In this document: positions 14,062 through 27,173 of the stretch, in pieces
Position numbering within the stretch: the first letter of the stretch is position 1
Layout: every line of letters begins with the position of its first letter
Assembly: GCF_006345805.1 (NCBI RefSeq)
Contig: NC_043009.1
Location: 71,610,001-71,674,000, forward strand
DNA from: Octopus sinensis
Taxonomy: Eukaryota
Direction of reading: 5' to 3'
Length of the DNA: 64,000 nucleotides
Notes under the pieces: generated by a model
Seen by the model: only the letters and a program-made list of their open reading frames with translations
The model's database searches: none
Told to the model about the DNA's origin: nothing
Program-made: the position numbers and the translations under genes

Positions 14062-14863
14062 CTCTCCCTCTCTCTCTTTACTCCTTATGGTAACTGGACT
14101 TACTGATCTCTTCTACAAACTCTCCTCTAAAGTTGTTGTTTAACCCCAAGTTAGCCCTGATCACACAAACCTATGAGCAAATGAATTCCATCCATGACCA
14201 TCCCATCATTTTCTTTTCTGCAATGAATCCAGGACCACATTATGCAACATGATGGTCAGGTGTGACTGGAGGGAGATTTAGCTACTATTTTTTCACGTGT
14301 GTTGAGCAACCACCTTGCAGGCTTTGGTTAATTGCTCTCCAGCTAATTAAAATGAAGTGGTACCAACATTATTTGAAACAATATTTCTCTCTTATCACTG
14401 CAAATTTGTTGGCCCAGGATGTGCGACAAATATAAGCCATTAGCTAACAGAAGACTCTCTATGTGGTTATGTGGCTTACAAGAAATAACAGCTAAATTTT
14501 CCTGTAATCTTAAAGAAGGGAAGGATACATTGAACATTGTAATTACTAACATGCAAAAAGCTGTGATGGTCACAGATAAAACCTATCAGGAGACCGTCCT
14601 GTTTTGGGGAGGTAGACTTTTGGTCAGGTCAATGCCATCAGTTGATTCCTACATGTCATTATTGGAAACATTCTGGTAAGTTCTTTGATCTAAGAAATAA
14701 CCTTTTCTTTTCCTCCCACCAGTCTCAGAAATGCTGAAAAATGTCAGGAGTGCTGCCTTTCCTCTTCTGACTAAAAAAAAACGGAAGACAACCTACAACT
14801 TGACAAGACTAAAATGGGTGAGGCTCATACAAACCCACATACGTACCTACATACATACATACA

Positions 14864-14926
<63 letters not shown>

Positions 14927-14992
14927 AATTGACAGAATGAAATTTAAAAAATCCAAGGCTGTAAATAATTTTCAGAACATTCATAAAGAGAA

Positions 14993-15046
14993 GGTCTTAC
15001 AGCTGCTTCCAGGATATTTATTAATTATATCCCTTCATCGGAGACC
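14993..15046 (-). ncRNA. Degenerate minimal hammerhead ribozyme
   Basis: GGUCU CCGAUGA A GGGAUAU-loop-AUAUCCU GGAAG CAGCUG UA AGACC; helices I and II intact, GAAA mutated. Confidence 0.55.
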
Positions 15047-15231
15047 CTTAATATATAATAAATGAAAGACAGAACATGGAATATACAAGAATATATTATT
15101 AATCACAACAATTGTTTCGTGGTGCAGACATATCTCATCAGGTGATAAATAAATAATATCGTTAAAACGAATGTTCCACAATGCAACTTTTTGTTTTGTA
15201 GAGAGAAAAACAGCCAGACTGAGGAAAATTC

Positions 15232-15293
<62 letters not shown>

Positions 15294-15544
15294 TGTATGA
15301 GTGTGTGTACTCATGCCATGCAGCTTGTGTGAGGGCGTTTATATATCCATATCTGTTAATGGTTATTTTCAACACTTTTCTCGCTAGATTAGATGTTCGT
15401 TTCTCTTTTTGTCTTCTGCAATTTTATTTTTGGATCTTCCATATATATATATATATGAAGAATTTTCCTCAGTCTGGCTGTTTTTCTCTCTACAAAACAA
15501 AAAGTTGCATTGTGGAACATTCGTTTTAACGATATTATTTATTT

Positions 15545-15646
15545 ATCACCTGATGAGATATGTCTGCACCACTGGATACTCCTCAACCAGTCGTTGAGTG
15601 TCCCACAAGGAGTTGATGCTAAATATGTCGAAACAATTGTTGTGAT
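15545..15646 (+). ncRNA. Minimal type-I hammerhead ribozyme with long helix-II insertion
   Basis: AUCAC CUGAUGA GAUAU...AUGUC GAAA CAAUUG UU GUGAU; canonical core, 5-bp helix I, palindromic ACAAUUGU. Confidence 0.8.
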
Positions 15647-15729
15647 TAATAATATATTCTTGTATATTCCATGTTCTGTCTTTCATTTATTATATATATA
15701 TATATATTATATATATATATATATATACA

Positions 15730-15846
<117 letters not shown>

Positions 15847-15860
15847 CATACATATATATC

Positions 15861-16410
15861 ACTGAGGCAATGACTAGTGACCGAGACCTTTGGAAATACG
15901 CTGTGCTTGAGAAGACCTGGCAAGCCAAGTGAGACCATAACCCATAGCCTATGCCAGTGGTGTAACCAGCCCACTTATAGGTACCTTTCTTTCATTGGGC
16001 ACTAAACTCTGCTTGCAAAGACCTGTTGAGGCAAGTGAAATTGAAATCAAATTGGCTGATGTAGCCGATGACAGCACTGCCTGACTGGCATCCATGGTAG
16101 TGGAACGTTAAGAGCACCATCTGAGCATGATTGTTGCCAGGGCCGCTGACTGACTCCCATGCCAGTGGCATGTAAAAAGCACCATTTGAGTATGGCCATT
16201 GCCAGTACTGCCTGACTGGCCCTTGTGTCGGTGGCATGTAAAAGCACCCACTACACTTTCGGAGTGGTTGGCATTAGGAAGGGCATCCAGCTGTAGAAAG
16301 TCTGCCAGATCAGATTGGAGCCTGGTGCAGCCATCTGGTTTGCCAGTCCTCAGTCAAACCGTCCAACCCATGCCAGCATGGAAAGCGGACATTAAACGAT
16401 GGTGATGAGG
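15861..16410 (+). mobile_element. RTE-like LINE 3' end (ORF C-terminus plus 3'UTR), unamplified form
   Basis: gaccgagacctttggaaatacgctgtgcttgagaagacc (DRDLWKYAVLEKT), one AAATC unit and the family 3' end. Confidence 0.75.
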
Positions 16411-16772
16411 AGGCTATCCATATATGTGTGTGTGTGTTTGTATAATTGTTATCCTCGTGGTAGAGTAGCAAGGTATTCCTCTTCTTACAAGGGTTTCCAG
16501 TGCCATCGAGACCGCACCCCCCTCCCCACCATCAAAAGGGTTTCAGATGATCCTATCAGCACCCACATCTTTTTTCACTCTATCACATATTTGATAAATC
16601 TCCATTTGGTGAGCTTCTAAGTCACAAAATATAAACAGACAGAACATAACTCCACTTGAGTAAATGTAAGTTCTCACACACACATACAATGCATTCTCAC
16701 ACACACACACTCACACACACTCCCACATATACACACCTCTCTCTCTTTCTATCTGTCTGTCTGTCTCTTTCT

Positions 16773-16812
<40 letters not shown>

Positions 16813-16970
16813 TACACACACACAGTAACACACAATAACACACATACTCACACACACTCCCATATACACACCTCTTCTCTCTCTTTCTATCTGTCTTCTG
16901 TCTTTTTCTTTCTCTCTCTCTCATACACAGACACACATGCACACACATACACGTTCTCTCTCACACACAA

Positions 16971-17003
<33 letters not shown>

Positions 17004-17037
17004 CACATGCACACATGCACACACATACACATGCTGT

Positions 17038-17069
<32 letters not shown>

Positions 17070-18749
17070 AAAACAGAATCAACATTTTCTACTTTTGCAA
17101 TAAAGTTTTTCTGTATCTCCTGTAGATACAGTTTTCATATCCACCAAATAAAATTATTTGGTTCTTACTCAGTAGAAAGGCATTCAACCAAACTCTGAGA
17201 AAAACTGCCTTTTGTAAAAATTGTCTCTGGGAGTGTTTTTGCTTTTTATGGCATAGGAAGAGGTTTTTTTTTTGTTTTTATCAAAGACTGTTTTTCAAAG
17301 ACTGCTTTCTTAAAGTTAACAGTAATAAAATTTTGTGAGGATATATCTGCTTTCTGCATTGAAAAGGTTAAACTGTTTACACTAAGAATAGTTGAATACT
17401 AAACTAGTTGTGCTAAAAATATTTCATTACTAAACTAATTTTTATTAAAATATTGGGTGACTCATTTAGTTATACTAAAAACAATTTGAGTTTTAAAGTA
17501 TTCCTACTAAAAATAGCTGAATACTAAACTCGTAATAATTTACCGATCTGTTACTGATCTAGGTGCACAAAAAATGGTTAAATTGCATGAAGAACTTGTT
17601 AGAATGTTGAGGCAAGGATTGAGTCGACATATCAATTCAATTTAAAAGTATGAAGTGCTGTGCCAGTCTGAGGTTTTCCATTATTCAGCTTCTTCGTCCT
17701 CTCACACCCAAACACCACAATATGCAAATAATAGCAAAAACAAATATTTCTAATTCTTACATGGAAACTTAATCTAAACTGTAAATCTGTTGTAATTCTA
17801 AACTTGTGCCACTCATTACAGAGGAATATAATAATTCTGTTTTTACCGTTTCCATTTCAATAAAATAATATTTTGTGTGTACAGAATAAATAGCTTTTAT
17901 AATTATATTTTATGCCTATGTCTATATTTATTTGTGTTTATACTCATTATTTTCATTATATCATCATCATCGTCGTCATCGTTATCGTTGTTGTCATCAT
18001 CATCATCGCCTTAACCACTGCTTGGATGCACTCTACTGATTGAAACAAGTAAAAGAATAAAAGAATATATTTATGTATACACACACACTCACACACACAC
18101 ACACACACACATAAATATAACTGATGCTTAATCTAGTTTTAGATTCCTGATGATGTCTGTGAATTTTGCAAATGATAAAATAAATATAGAACACATGTTA
18201 AGTTTTTCCTAATCAAATTTCCCAACCGATTCCAGTTGAATCCTGTTTCTTAAAACAGGTTGCAATTGCTTACACATATTCAGTTCCCCCCTCCTTAATA
18301 AACATATATTTCTTCTGCTTCATTTCGTTTTTCATCCAACCCTGAGTTCAAAGATTGCATATAGCTTCTGCAAGCAGACACCTGCAGATTGACCCTGCGC
18401 CAGTCTCCCATCGGGTTCTAATATCAAGCCATGGCCAGTTGGATGTTTTTGCAGCGTTATAAAAAAAACCTTGGTTGACCCCATGGTTCTGGACTCAGTC
18501 TCAGTATGTGGCACCTCAGGTAAATTTCTTCCACTTTAGCCTAGAGTCAGCCAAAGCCTTGTGACTGGAACGAATAAAAGGAAATAGAAAAGATAAAAGA
18601 GAAATCCTAAAGTGAAAATAGGGTTCTACAAGAAACTAATTGATGGAGAAAATATTTTTATGTTTTAAACTATTTAAAATCATCTTCTTTGCTATATAAA
18701 TGAGTGTCATTTAATATCCAAATAATGGTTGTTGTTGCTTAACTCTGAT

Positions 18750-19290
18750 TGTTGTAAGGAGGCAGTCGAAAAAGCCAGTTTCTATATATGGCTGAAGCGG
18801 GAAGACCAAAAATGCTTGAAAGTTATAACATGCTGGCGGAAAATAACATCACTAGGTGAGACAAGCTGACACTGAATTAGCTTCACTGACTGACAGGTGA
18901 CGGTCGTTTAGAGAACGTACCTTCATTGGTCAGTTAAAGTTGAGACAGTGTCACGTGACAACTTGCTGGGGCTGCCTGCTGGAGCCTAGCAGCAGGTATT
19001 TAAAGGGAAAAAAATTGACAAAACAGTCAGTCACTTGCTGACACTCATTGACGCCACATCACAGCGGCCAGGGAATAGAAGAAAGAAGACATGCACCCAA
19101 CACCAGAGCTGAAGACACCTCCGAAAGGGGATGCCCCACCACTTCAAAACGGTAGAGGAGTAGGGGCCGAAACTGGATGTCATTCCTCCTGATGATGTCT
19201 TGAGCTAACTGGATCCTATAAAGGAGCTGTTGTAGTAGCAGACCACGAAACATGGTTGAAATTCCAGTGTGGTGGTTGAAGTGATCAATC
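18750..19290 (+). mobile_element. 5'-truncated RLE-clade non-LTR retrotransposon (Hero/NeSL-like) C-terminus plus 3'UTR
   Basis: Translation CKEAVEKASFYIWLKREDQK resembles the EAAEKASxWxWLKR C-terminal motif; GC-richer structured UTR follows. Confidence 0.5.
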
Positions 19291-19802
19291 ATTAAACAGT
19301 TTTTCTCTGATTTTCTATAAGGAAACAGATTTTGGGTCAGTTCAGAGTTGCATCCCTTTGTATCTGGTACTGATGAGAGCGAAAAAAAAGCTTGAAATAT
19401 AGAGTGAGGTTCCTCTCAACTGACACTAGCGTTTCCAACGTCTTTTCCTAAAGCAAACATTTTCTTCTCCAAGGGAAACCACAGTGAAAATGATCTTTTT
19501 TCCAGTCATATATGTCCGAAACGTATTTATATGGCATCGAAATGTTTGTTTATTTTACATCATTGTTTCATTCAGCCCACTACACCACTGGTATCTGATG
19601 CTGAAAAGGAGAAACCATTCTAAAACACATGCCATCATCAGTCTTGTTAGGGAATACTTCAAACTGACGCACTGTTTACCCCTTATTGGTCTGCAGTGAG
19701 AAATTTTCTCCATGGCAACAAAATTAAGTGAATGATTTTCATACAGGTTTGAATGGGTCTCAACTGAATTTGAAATGGTAGCAAGCTTCTACTCATACAT
19801 GA

Positions 19803-19849
<47 letters not shown>

Positions 19850-20024
19850 GATGTGTGTATTTTTCCCTTGTTAACAATTAACATGGAAACGTGTTGGAAG
19901 TAAAAGTATTTGAATTATTATATATATATATATATATATATACATAATAAATATTAGGGAATAAATCCAAATTTACAGGGAAAAAAATCAGATTTAGGAT
20001 TAAATCCAATTTTATAGTAAAATA

Positions 20025-21745
20025 TTATAAAATATTATTAGAGACAAAACCACTATTTTGCAAAACAAACAAGGAAAGACTTAATCAATACATAAAATTT
20101 TAATAAATAGTCAAAAAAACCGCCACTACAATCGTTTCTTGTCTTGATCGACAATCTTCAGGTGGACTTCCAATCTAAAAAATCAATATTTTAAAATATA
20201 AAAATAATAATTTTAAAATAATTAAAGTATGAATGAAAAAATATAAGTATATAATCCATATATAACCTATATATAATCCATATATAATCAATATATAAAC
20301 AATATATAAACTAAAAAAACCTATCAACAATTAAATATAAAATATAAAATATAAAACAAAACAAAAAAATAATAATAATATAATAATAAACTATATATAC
20401 ACCCATACACATATACCTAATTATATATAACCATATCTAACTACATACACTAAATCACACACCTATATATATATCCCTATACATACACATAAAAACGTCT
20501 AGGCAACTATAAATAAATAAAATAGCTAAATACTTCAACACAATACTTATTCATACTCCCACACAAACACACATACAACCCACATTCACGCTCTAGAAAA
20601 TGGACATCACTCAAAACTATGAACGGAGAAATGGAATAAATGGAATTAAAAATTATATTCACTTGGTAAAACGAACACTACTTAAAAATTATGAATGAAA
20701 CAATGCAATAAAACAACAGACATCGCAAATAGACACAAATTACTACGAATTCCTTAACAAACCTACCATGATAAACCAAAACTCATAAAAACATATAATG
20801 ATAAAATCTCCCTTTACTAAACTCTATAACAAACCTATATAGCAATCCCCCTAACCTAAACATTCACACACAAATACACACACGTAAACCACACACCCAC
20901 GACATATACAAATACCCACACCACTTACACATACCAATACATACATATAAACCTCAACATATACTCCAAAAACCCACTCAACCCCACACAGACAAATAAA
21001 CACAAAAATTATGAATGGATTCTTTTATAAAACTACCATGATAAGCTAAAACTCACAAAACAGAAATGATAAAACCTCCCTTTACTAAACACTATAACAT
21101 ACTTATATAGCAATCCCTTTAACCTATACATTCACACACAAAAACACACACGTAAACCACACACCCATAACAAATACAAACACCCACTCCACTCACACAC
21201 ACCCACAAGTACATATAAGCCTCAACATATACACCAAACAAAATTACTTTACCAAGGAACTTAACATATGTATAAAAAGTATAACGCTCTGGAAACGAAC
21301 ATCTCTAAATTAATGAATGGAGAAATGGAATAAATGGAATTAAAAATAATATTCACGTGGCAAAACGAACACCACTCAAAAATTATGAATGAAACAATGT
21401 AATAAAACAACCAACATCGAAAATAGACAAATTACCACGAATTCCCTAAAAAAACCATGATAAACCAAAACTCTTAAAAACATATAACGATAAAATCTCC
21501 CTTTGCTAAACTCTATAACAAACCTATATAGTAATCCCCCTAACCTAAACATTCACACACAAATACACACACGTAAACCACAGACCCACGACTTATACAC
21601 ATACCTATACTAACTTATAAACCTCAATATACACCAAAACCCACTCCCTCCCCACACAGACTATTTATTAAAATTTTATGTATTGATTAAGTCTTTCCTT
21701 GTTTGTTTTGCAAAATAGTGGTTTTGTCTCTAATAATATTTTATA
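20025..21745. mobile_element. Penelope-derived element bounded by about 85-bp inverted termini, with A/C-rich internally duplicated body
   Basis: 20025-20110 is the reverse complement of 21660-21745; HHR at 20123-20165; modules repeated at 20763, 21033, 21454. Confidence 0.65.
20123..20165 (-). ncRNA. Minimal type-I hammerhead ribozyme
   Basis: CCAC CUGAAGA UUGUC GAUCAA GACAA GAAA CGAUUG UA GUGG; one change from the palindromic copy at 46144. Confidence 0.75.
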
Positions 21746-21978
21746 TATATATACATATATATATATACATATATATATGTACATATGTATGTATATATAT
21801 GTATATATGTATAAATATATATGTATTATATAAACACTCATGCACACACACACACACATCTACGTGGGAATGAGATGTAGCCTCCAGCTTGTCTAGGAAG
21901 AGCCGTAACTCCAAATAAGAACAGGCTTGTTGAGTCATCCAACTTATGTCAAAAGAAGAATAGACATTGAAAATAAGG

Positions 21979-22098
<120 letters not shown>

Positions 22099-22126
22099 AT
22101 ATATATATATATATCCTGTTTCTCCC

Positions 22127-22162
22127 CTTTCTGTAGAAGAGCGTAGGCTCGAAACGTAGAAG
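22127..22162 (+). ncRNA. Hammerhead-like motif with A6U core variant in a PLE 3' end (about 22110-22250)
   Basis: CUUU CUGUAGA A GAGC GUAG GCUC GAAA CG UA GAAG. Confidence 0.55.
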
Positions 22163-22548
22163 ACTTTTTCTATTCCTGAGTGTTATAGTAATACATCTAT
22201 TTGTTTTGTACACCACCTGTCTTCGTCTTTTGTTTTTTTGTAAACTCTCCCTATATATATATATATATATATATATACTAGCATTAAAGACCCGTCGTTG
22301 CCAGGTCATAGTGCTAGTGCATGTATATATGTGTATATATATGTGTACATATTACATGTACATCTATATATATACAAGAATGGTTGTATACTGTCAATCT
22401 AACAAGAACATGACAGTAGGGGGTACACCACCGCTGTATAGCCCTAGGAAGCATTGAACGCCTCCTGATGGCTTTGACACATTTTCCCCTGTGTCCTTAT
22501 ATACATATATGAAGGGGAGACAAACACCCCCGGCTGCCGAAGCTGCAT

Positions 22549-22591
22549 CTAGGGACACGTATTTCAGGATCGTTGTCCTTCATCGGCCTAG
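22549..22591 (-). ncRNA. Minimal type-I hammerhead ribozyme, U4C core variant
   Basis: CUAGG CCGAUGA AGGA CAACGA UCCU GAAA UACGUG UC CCUAG; perfect helices I and II. Confidence 0.7.
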
Positions 22592-22669
22592 AGTAGCAGA
22601 CACCGGTCAGCTGGTGATATTTGTCTCTACTTCGTAATTGTATATATCTATATTCAGTGAGAGAAAGGC

Positions 22670-22975
22670 CATGCTGGGGCACCACCTTGAAGGATTTTTC
22701 ATAGAAAGCCAAGTGAAATCATAATTGTGGCCGGTGCCAATGACATGTAACAGCATCCATGTTGGTGACATGTAAGAGCACCTGTGCCAGCGACACGTGA
22801 ATGGCACGCACTTCACTCTGTGGAGTGGTTGGCATTAGGAAGGGCACCCAGCCATTGAATCCGTGCCAAAATCAAACTGGAATCTGGTGCAGCTCTCTGG
22901 CCTACAAGTTCCAGTGAGACGGTCTGGCCGATGCCAGCATGGAAAGCAGACGGTAAACGATGATGACGATGATGG
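22670..22975 (+). mobile_element. RTE-like LINE 3' end
   Basis: ggagtggttggcattaggaagggcaccc...catggaaagcagacggtaaacgatgatgacg. Confidence 0.7.
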
Positions 22976-23149
22976 CGAATCAATCCCTGAAACAATAGTT
23001 TTGTAATCCTGGTACTTATTCTATCATTCTCCTTTGTCAAACAGCTAAGTTACTGGAATGTGAACCAACACCAGTTGTCAAGCAATGGTGGAGAACACAC
23101 ACAGATACACACACACACACACACTTGCACACACATGCACACACACACA

Positions 23150-23300
23150 CAGGCTTCTTTCAGTTTTATTTGACCAAATCCACTCACAAAGCTTTGGTCT
23201 GCCTGACACTATACATGACACCTACCCATAGTGCCACACAGTGGGACTGAATCTGGAACCATGTGGTTGGGAAGCAAGCTTCTTACCACACAGCCACGCC
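23150..23300 (-). mobile_element. CORE-type SINE, partial
   Basis: Reverse complement of the 51485 family head. Confidence 0.7.
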
Positions 23301-23586
23301 CATACCTATATATATATGTATATATATCACTAGCACTGACCACTTCCCAGCACCCACACCATCATTCACACACCTACACTTGCACACATGCACACATCAA
23401 CGTCACACCAGCCCCCATCCACATGCACATACACACTCTCACATACACATGCACACGCACCTTTGTTTTGGGATCACCACTACTTTATTTTCTCCCCTTC
23501 TTCCTAGCTCTCCTGTGTGACCCCTCTGTCTGGCCTTTGCCATGATAAACCATTTTTACTTTCTCTCCCTGTTTATTTCTGTGTTC

Positions 23587-23622
23587 CTTTCTGTCGAAGA
23601 GCGTAGGCTCGAAATGTAAAAG
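23587..23622 (+). ncRNA. Hammerhead-like motif with A6U core variant in a PLE 3' end (about 23470-23712)
   Basis: CUUU CUGUCGA A GAGC GUAG GCUC GAAA UG UA AAAG; same family as 22127. Confidence 0.55.
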
Positions 23623-23707
23623 ACTTTCTCACCTTCCCAAGCGTTAAACTAATACATCTGTTTGTTGTTTACACACCCTTCTTCGTCTTTTGTTTTTTCG
23701 TAAATTC

Positions 23708-23784
<77 letters not shown>

Positions 23785-24822
23785 CTGCACTAAGTCAATG
23801 GCAGATTTTGCTTCTGTTTGCTTCCAGAAATGCAGTGAACCAGTGATTAGTCTAATGGAAACTTGTATTCAACCAAATTTTGGTATAAAATAAATATAGA
23901 TTATAAATATGTAAACAGAGAAATCCCAGGAGGGAATCTTTTACAATCTCCAAAAATAACTTTCCAAACTGCATTGTTGCCGCACTCAAATATTATTTTA
24001 TAAACTGCTGAGATAAACAATTTTAGGTTTTAACCAATTCCTGCAACCACTCAGAATTTAAATATAATATCAACAGGGTGAGACACTCTTTTGATTATCT
24101 TTGGTTTATTGATTTATTTATTTGAAAATTCTATAATATGGAACCAAACCCTGGAATGGCTTTCTGAAGTCTCTCAGGAGAAGCTGCAGTCTGTGCATTA
24201 CACTGGTGAAACTCCTGATAATTATAAGATATTGTTGTTGGTGGTGTTGCTGATTGTAATGGTTGGCTTGAAACTCGTGAACAAAAATTGATGTATGTAT
24301 GTGTGTGTGTATGTGTGTGTTATGTATGTATGTATCTATCTATTATTCTATCTATCAATTTATATATGTGTGTGTGTGTGTGTGTGTGTCTGCATATGCA
24401 TATGTATCAGCATCATCATTATCATCATCATCATCATCATCATTTAACATCTTTCTTCTGTGCAGGCATGAGTTGGACAGTTTGACGGAAGCTGCAGCAG
24501 GCTCCAGTTGTCTGTTGCACCATGCTTTCTTTGGCTTGATGCCCTTCCTCATGCCAACCACTTTGCACAGTGTTCACAGTGCTTTTTAAGTGGCACCATC
24601 ACCAGTGCTTTATATATATGTATATAGGTTTAGAGACAGGTGTTCTGTATATAGAATACATTTTGAAGTGCTCAAAAGATTTGAACTTGAGCCGGTTGAT
24701 GAGTAAATGTAACGAGAAGCAAGTTAGGAAATTCGATTTACACAGAACATGGATATGGATAGGAGTATGGATATCAAGTAGTCTGACTTACAGAACATAA
24801 ATGATATCAGGAGTTATATATA

Positions 24823-24854
<32 letters not shown>

Positions 24855-26347
24855 GAGAGAGAGAGAGATAGATATATAAATTAAATTAGAGATAAAACCA
24901 CTATTAGGCAACCCAAACAGTGATAAGCATAAACCAAAACATAAAAAACAAAAAATAAATATAATTAATATATAACTACTGATTGTTAATTTGATTCTAT
25001 AATTATTTAGTTGTTAAAGATATGTATTTCATTATTAGATTATAACTGTACGTTATTTGTAAGTTATTACTTAGCCAACGAGATATATAGATCGTTAAAT
25101 AGTTATACGGTTCTTTTAAGATAGGTTATACGTTTATAATTTGCTTTTTAATCTTTAATTTTCTAATATATTTCATAAATATATTATATTATATTGCACC
25201 TCTATCCCGCCCCCTCTTTCCCTCTCCTCTTTTTCTTCCTGTCTTTCCTCTCCCTGATCCCTCTAAGGTTCACCCCTTCTCTCTTTTTCCTCTCTCTGTC
25301 TCCTTCTTTCTCAACACCACCCTCTCTGTCTCTCTACTTCACTCTCTGGTACCTCTATCCCGCCCTCTCTCTGCCTTTCTTCTCTCTGCTCCCCCTAAGG
25401 TCCATCTCCTTGTCTCTCTTTTCCTCCCTGTCCTTTTACTTTCTCTCTACCACACCTCTATCCCACTCACTCTCCCCCTGCTGACCTGCCATTCTTTCTC
25501 TCTTCTCTCAGGTCAATCCTCTTGTCTCTCTCTGTATCCATCCCCCCCTGGCTGATCTGCCACCAGCTTTTCTCTTCTCTCCTCTCCCTCTCAGGTCAAC
25601 CATCTTATCTTTCCTTCTCTCTTTGTTCCTATATTTCACTCTCACTGTATCTGTATCTCAGGTGAAAATGTCAAGGAACTGGTCTGCGAGGGAGTTGCAA
25701 TTGTTTGTCCGTGCCTGGAAGATTGCTGAGGGCAACTTGCCAAACAATATCTCCTGGGGCTAAATTACAGTAACATTAGTCCTAAACCAGGACTACCATG
25801 TTATGTTGGCAAACAATCTTAACTCCAAAGTATTGTTGCTGAATATCTCTCGTTGTGAGATTTAAAAATAGTAATTTTCTACAATACTCTTCTAAAAACT
25901 AAGTTTCCTCATCAAAATTTCAAAGCTTCAAGATGATGCATAATTAATGTCATTAAATAAGCATTACTTTTGAAAGAATAAGGTGAATGATAAAGGGTTA
26001 AAATTGCAAAGTCAAAATGGTGCACACATCTAAATCTTCATAAAACCTTGTTGCTTACAAATCTTGGTATTACTACTCTATCATTTGGCCATTTATATAC
26101 TATACGGTTGAACTGTAATCACTTTTATTTCCTAATAAATCATTCAGACATTTTGATTTTGCATATTCAGATAAATCATGATCATTTTCAATTATATAAT
26201 AATATGTCACTGGAATATTTCAGAATAAATTAACGACGCTTCATAATTAAACTCACATAAATCAGGTTCTGTTCACTTTAGTGTTTCAATAGTGTCTAAC
26301 ATAAAATTCTTCACTTTCACTGGAAACTTGAAACAAAAGACCACCTT

Positions 26348-26710
26348 CATCATCATCATCATCATCATCGTTTAACGTCCGCTTTCCATGCTAGCATGGG
26401 TTGGACAGTTCAACTGGGGTCTTGGAAGCCCAAAGGCTGCACCAGGCCAGTCAGATCTGGCAGTGTTTCTACAGCTGGATGCCCTTCTTAACGCTAACCA
26501 CTCCATGAGTGTAGTGGGTGCTTTTTATGTGCCACCAACGCAGGTGCCAGACGAGGCTGGCGAATGGCAATGCTCGGATGGTGTTTTTTATGTGCCACCG
26601 ACACAGGTGCCAGACGAGGCTGGCGAACGGCCACGCTCAGATGGTGTTTTTCATGTGCCACGGACACAGGTGCCAGACGAGGCTGGCGAACGGCCACGCT
26701 TGGATGGTGT
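26348..26710 (-). mobile_element. RTE-like LINE 3' end with about 3 tandem 62-bp UTR modules
   Basis: (cat)n plus reverse complement of the family 3' end; modules nearly identical to those at 2600-2770. Confidence 0.8.
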
Positions 26711-26729
26711 TATATATATATATGTATGA

Positions 26730-26885
26730 TGGGCTTCTTTCAGTTTCTGTCTACCAAATCCACTCACAAGGCTTTATTTGGTCCGAGGCTATAGCAGAAG
26801 ACACTTGCACAAGGTGCCATGCAGTGGGACTGAACACAGAACCATGTGGCTGGTAAGCAAGCTACTTACCACATGGCCACTCCTA
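26730..26885 (-). mobile_element. CORE-type SINE, partial
   Basis: Reverse complement of the 51485 family head. Confidence 0.75.
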
Positions 26886-27173
26886 TATATATTTTATATA
26901 TATATATATATTATATTAAATTAGAGATAAAACCACTATTAGGCAAATCAAACAATGAAAAACATAAGCCAATAGATAAAATTAATTAATTATATTATTT
27001 TAAATATATATCAAAAGTATTAAAAGTTTAATAAAAGTTTAATATATATATATATATATATATACATATATACATACATATATATATATATAATACAGTG
27101 ATTGTTTCTTATCAGGAACAAAATGTTTAATAGGACTGCTTTAGAAGTGCTCAATTGAATGAGACAAATATAC

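Larger units (their letters stand above)
14930..15700. mobile_element. Cluster of Penelope-like element 3' ends with inverted arms (about 15051-15240 and 15445-15697)
   Basis: Arms are reverse complements apart from a deletion of roughly 57 nt in the left arm; contains three HHR-like motifs; flanked by (TA)n/(TACA)n. Confidence 0.7.
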
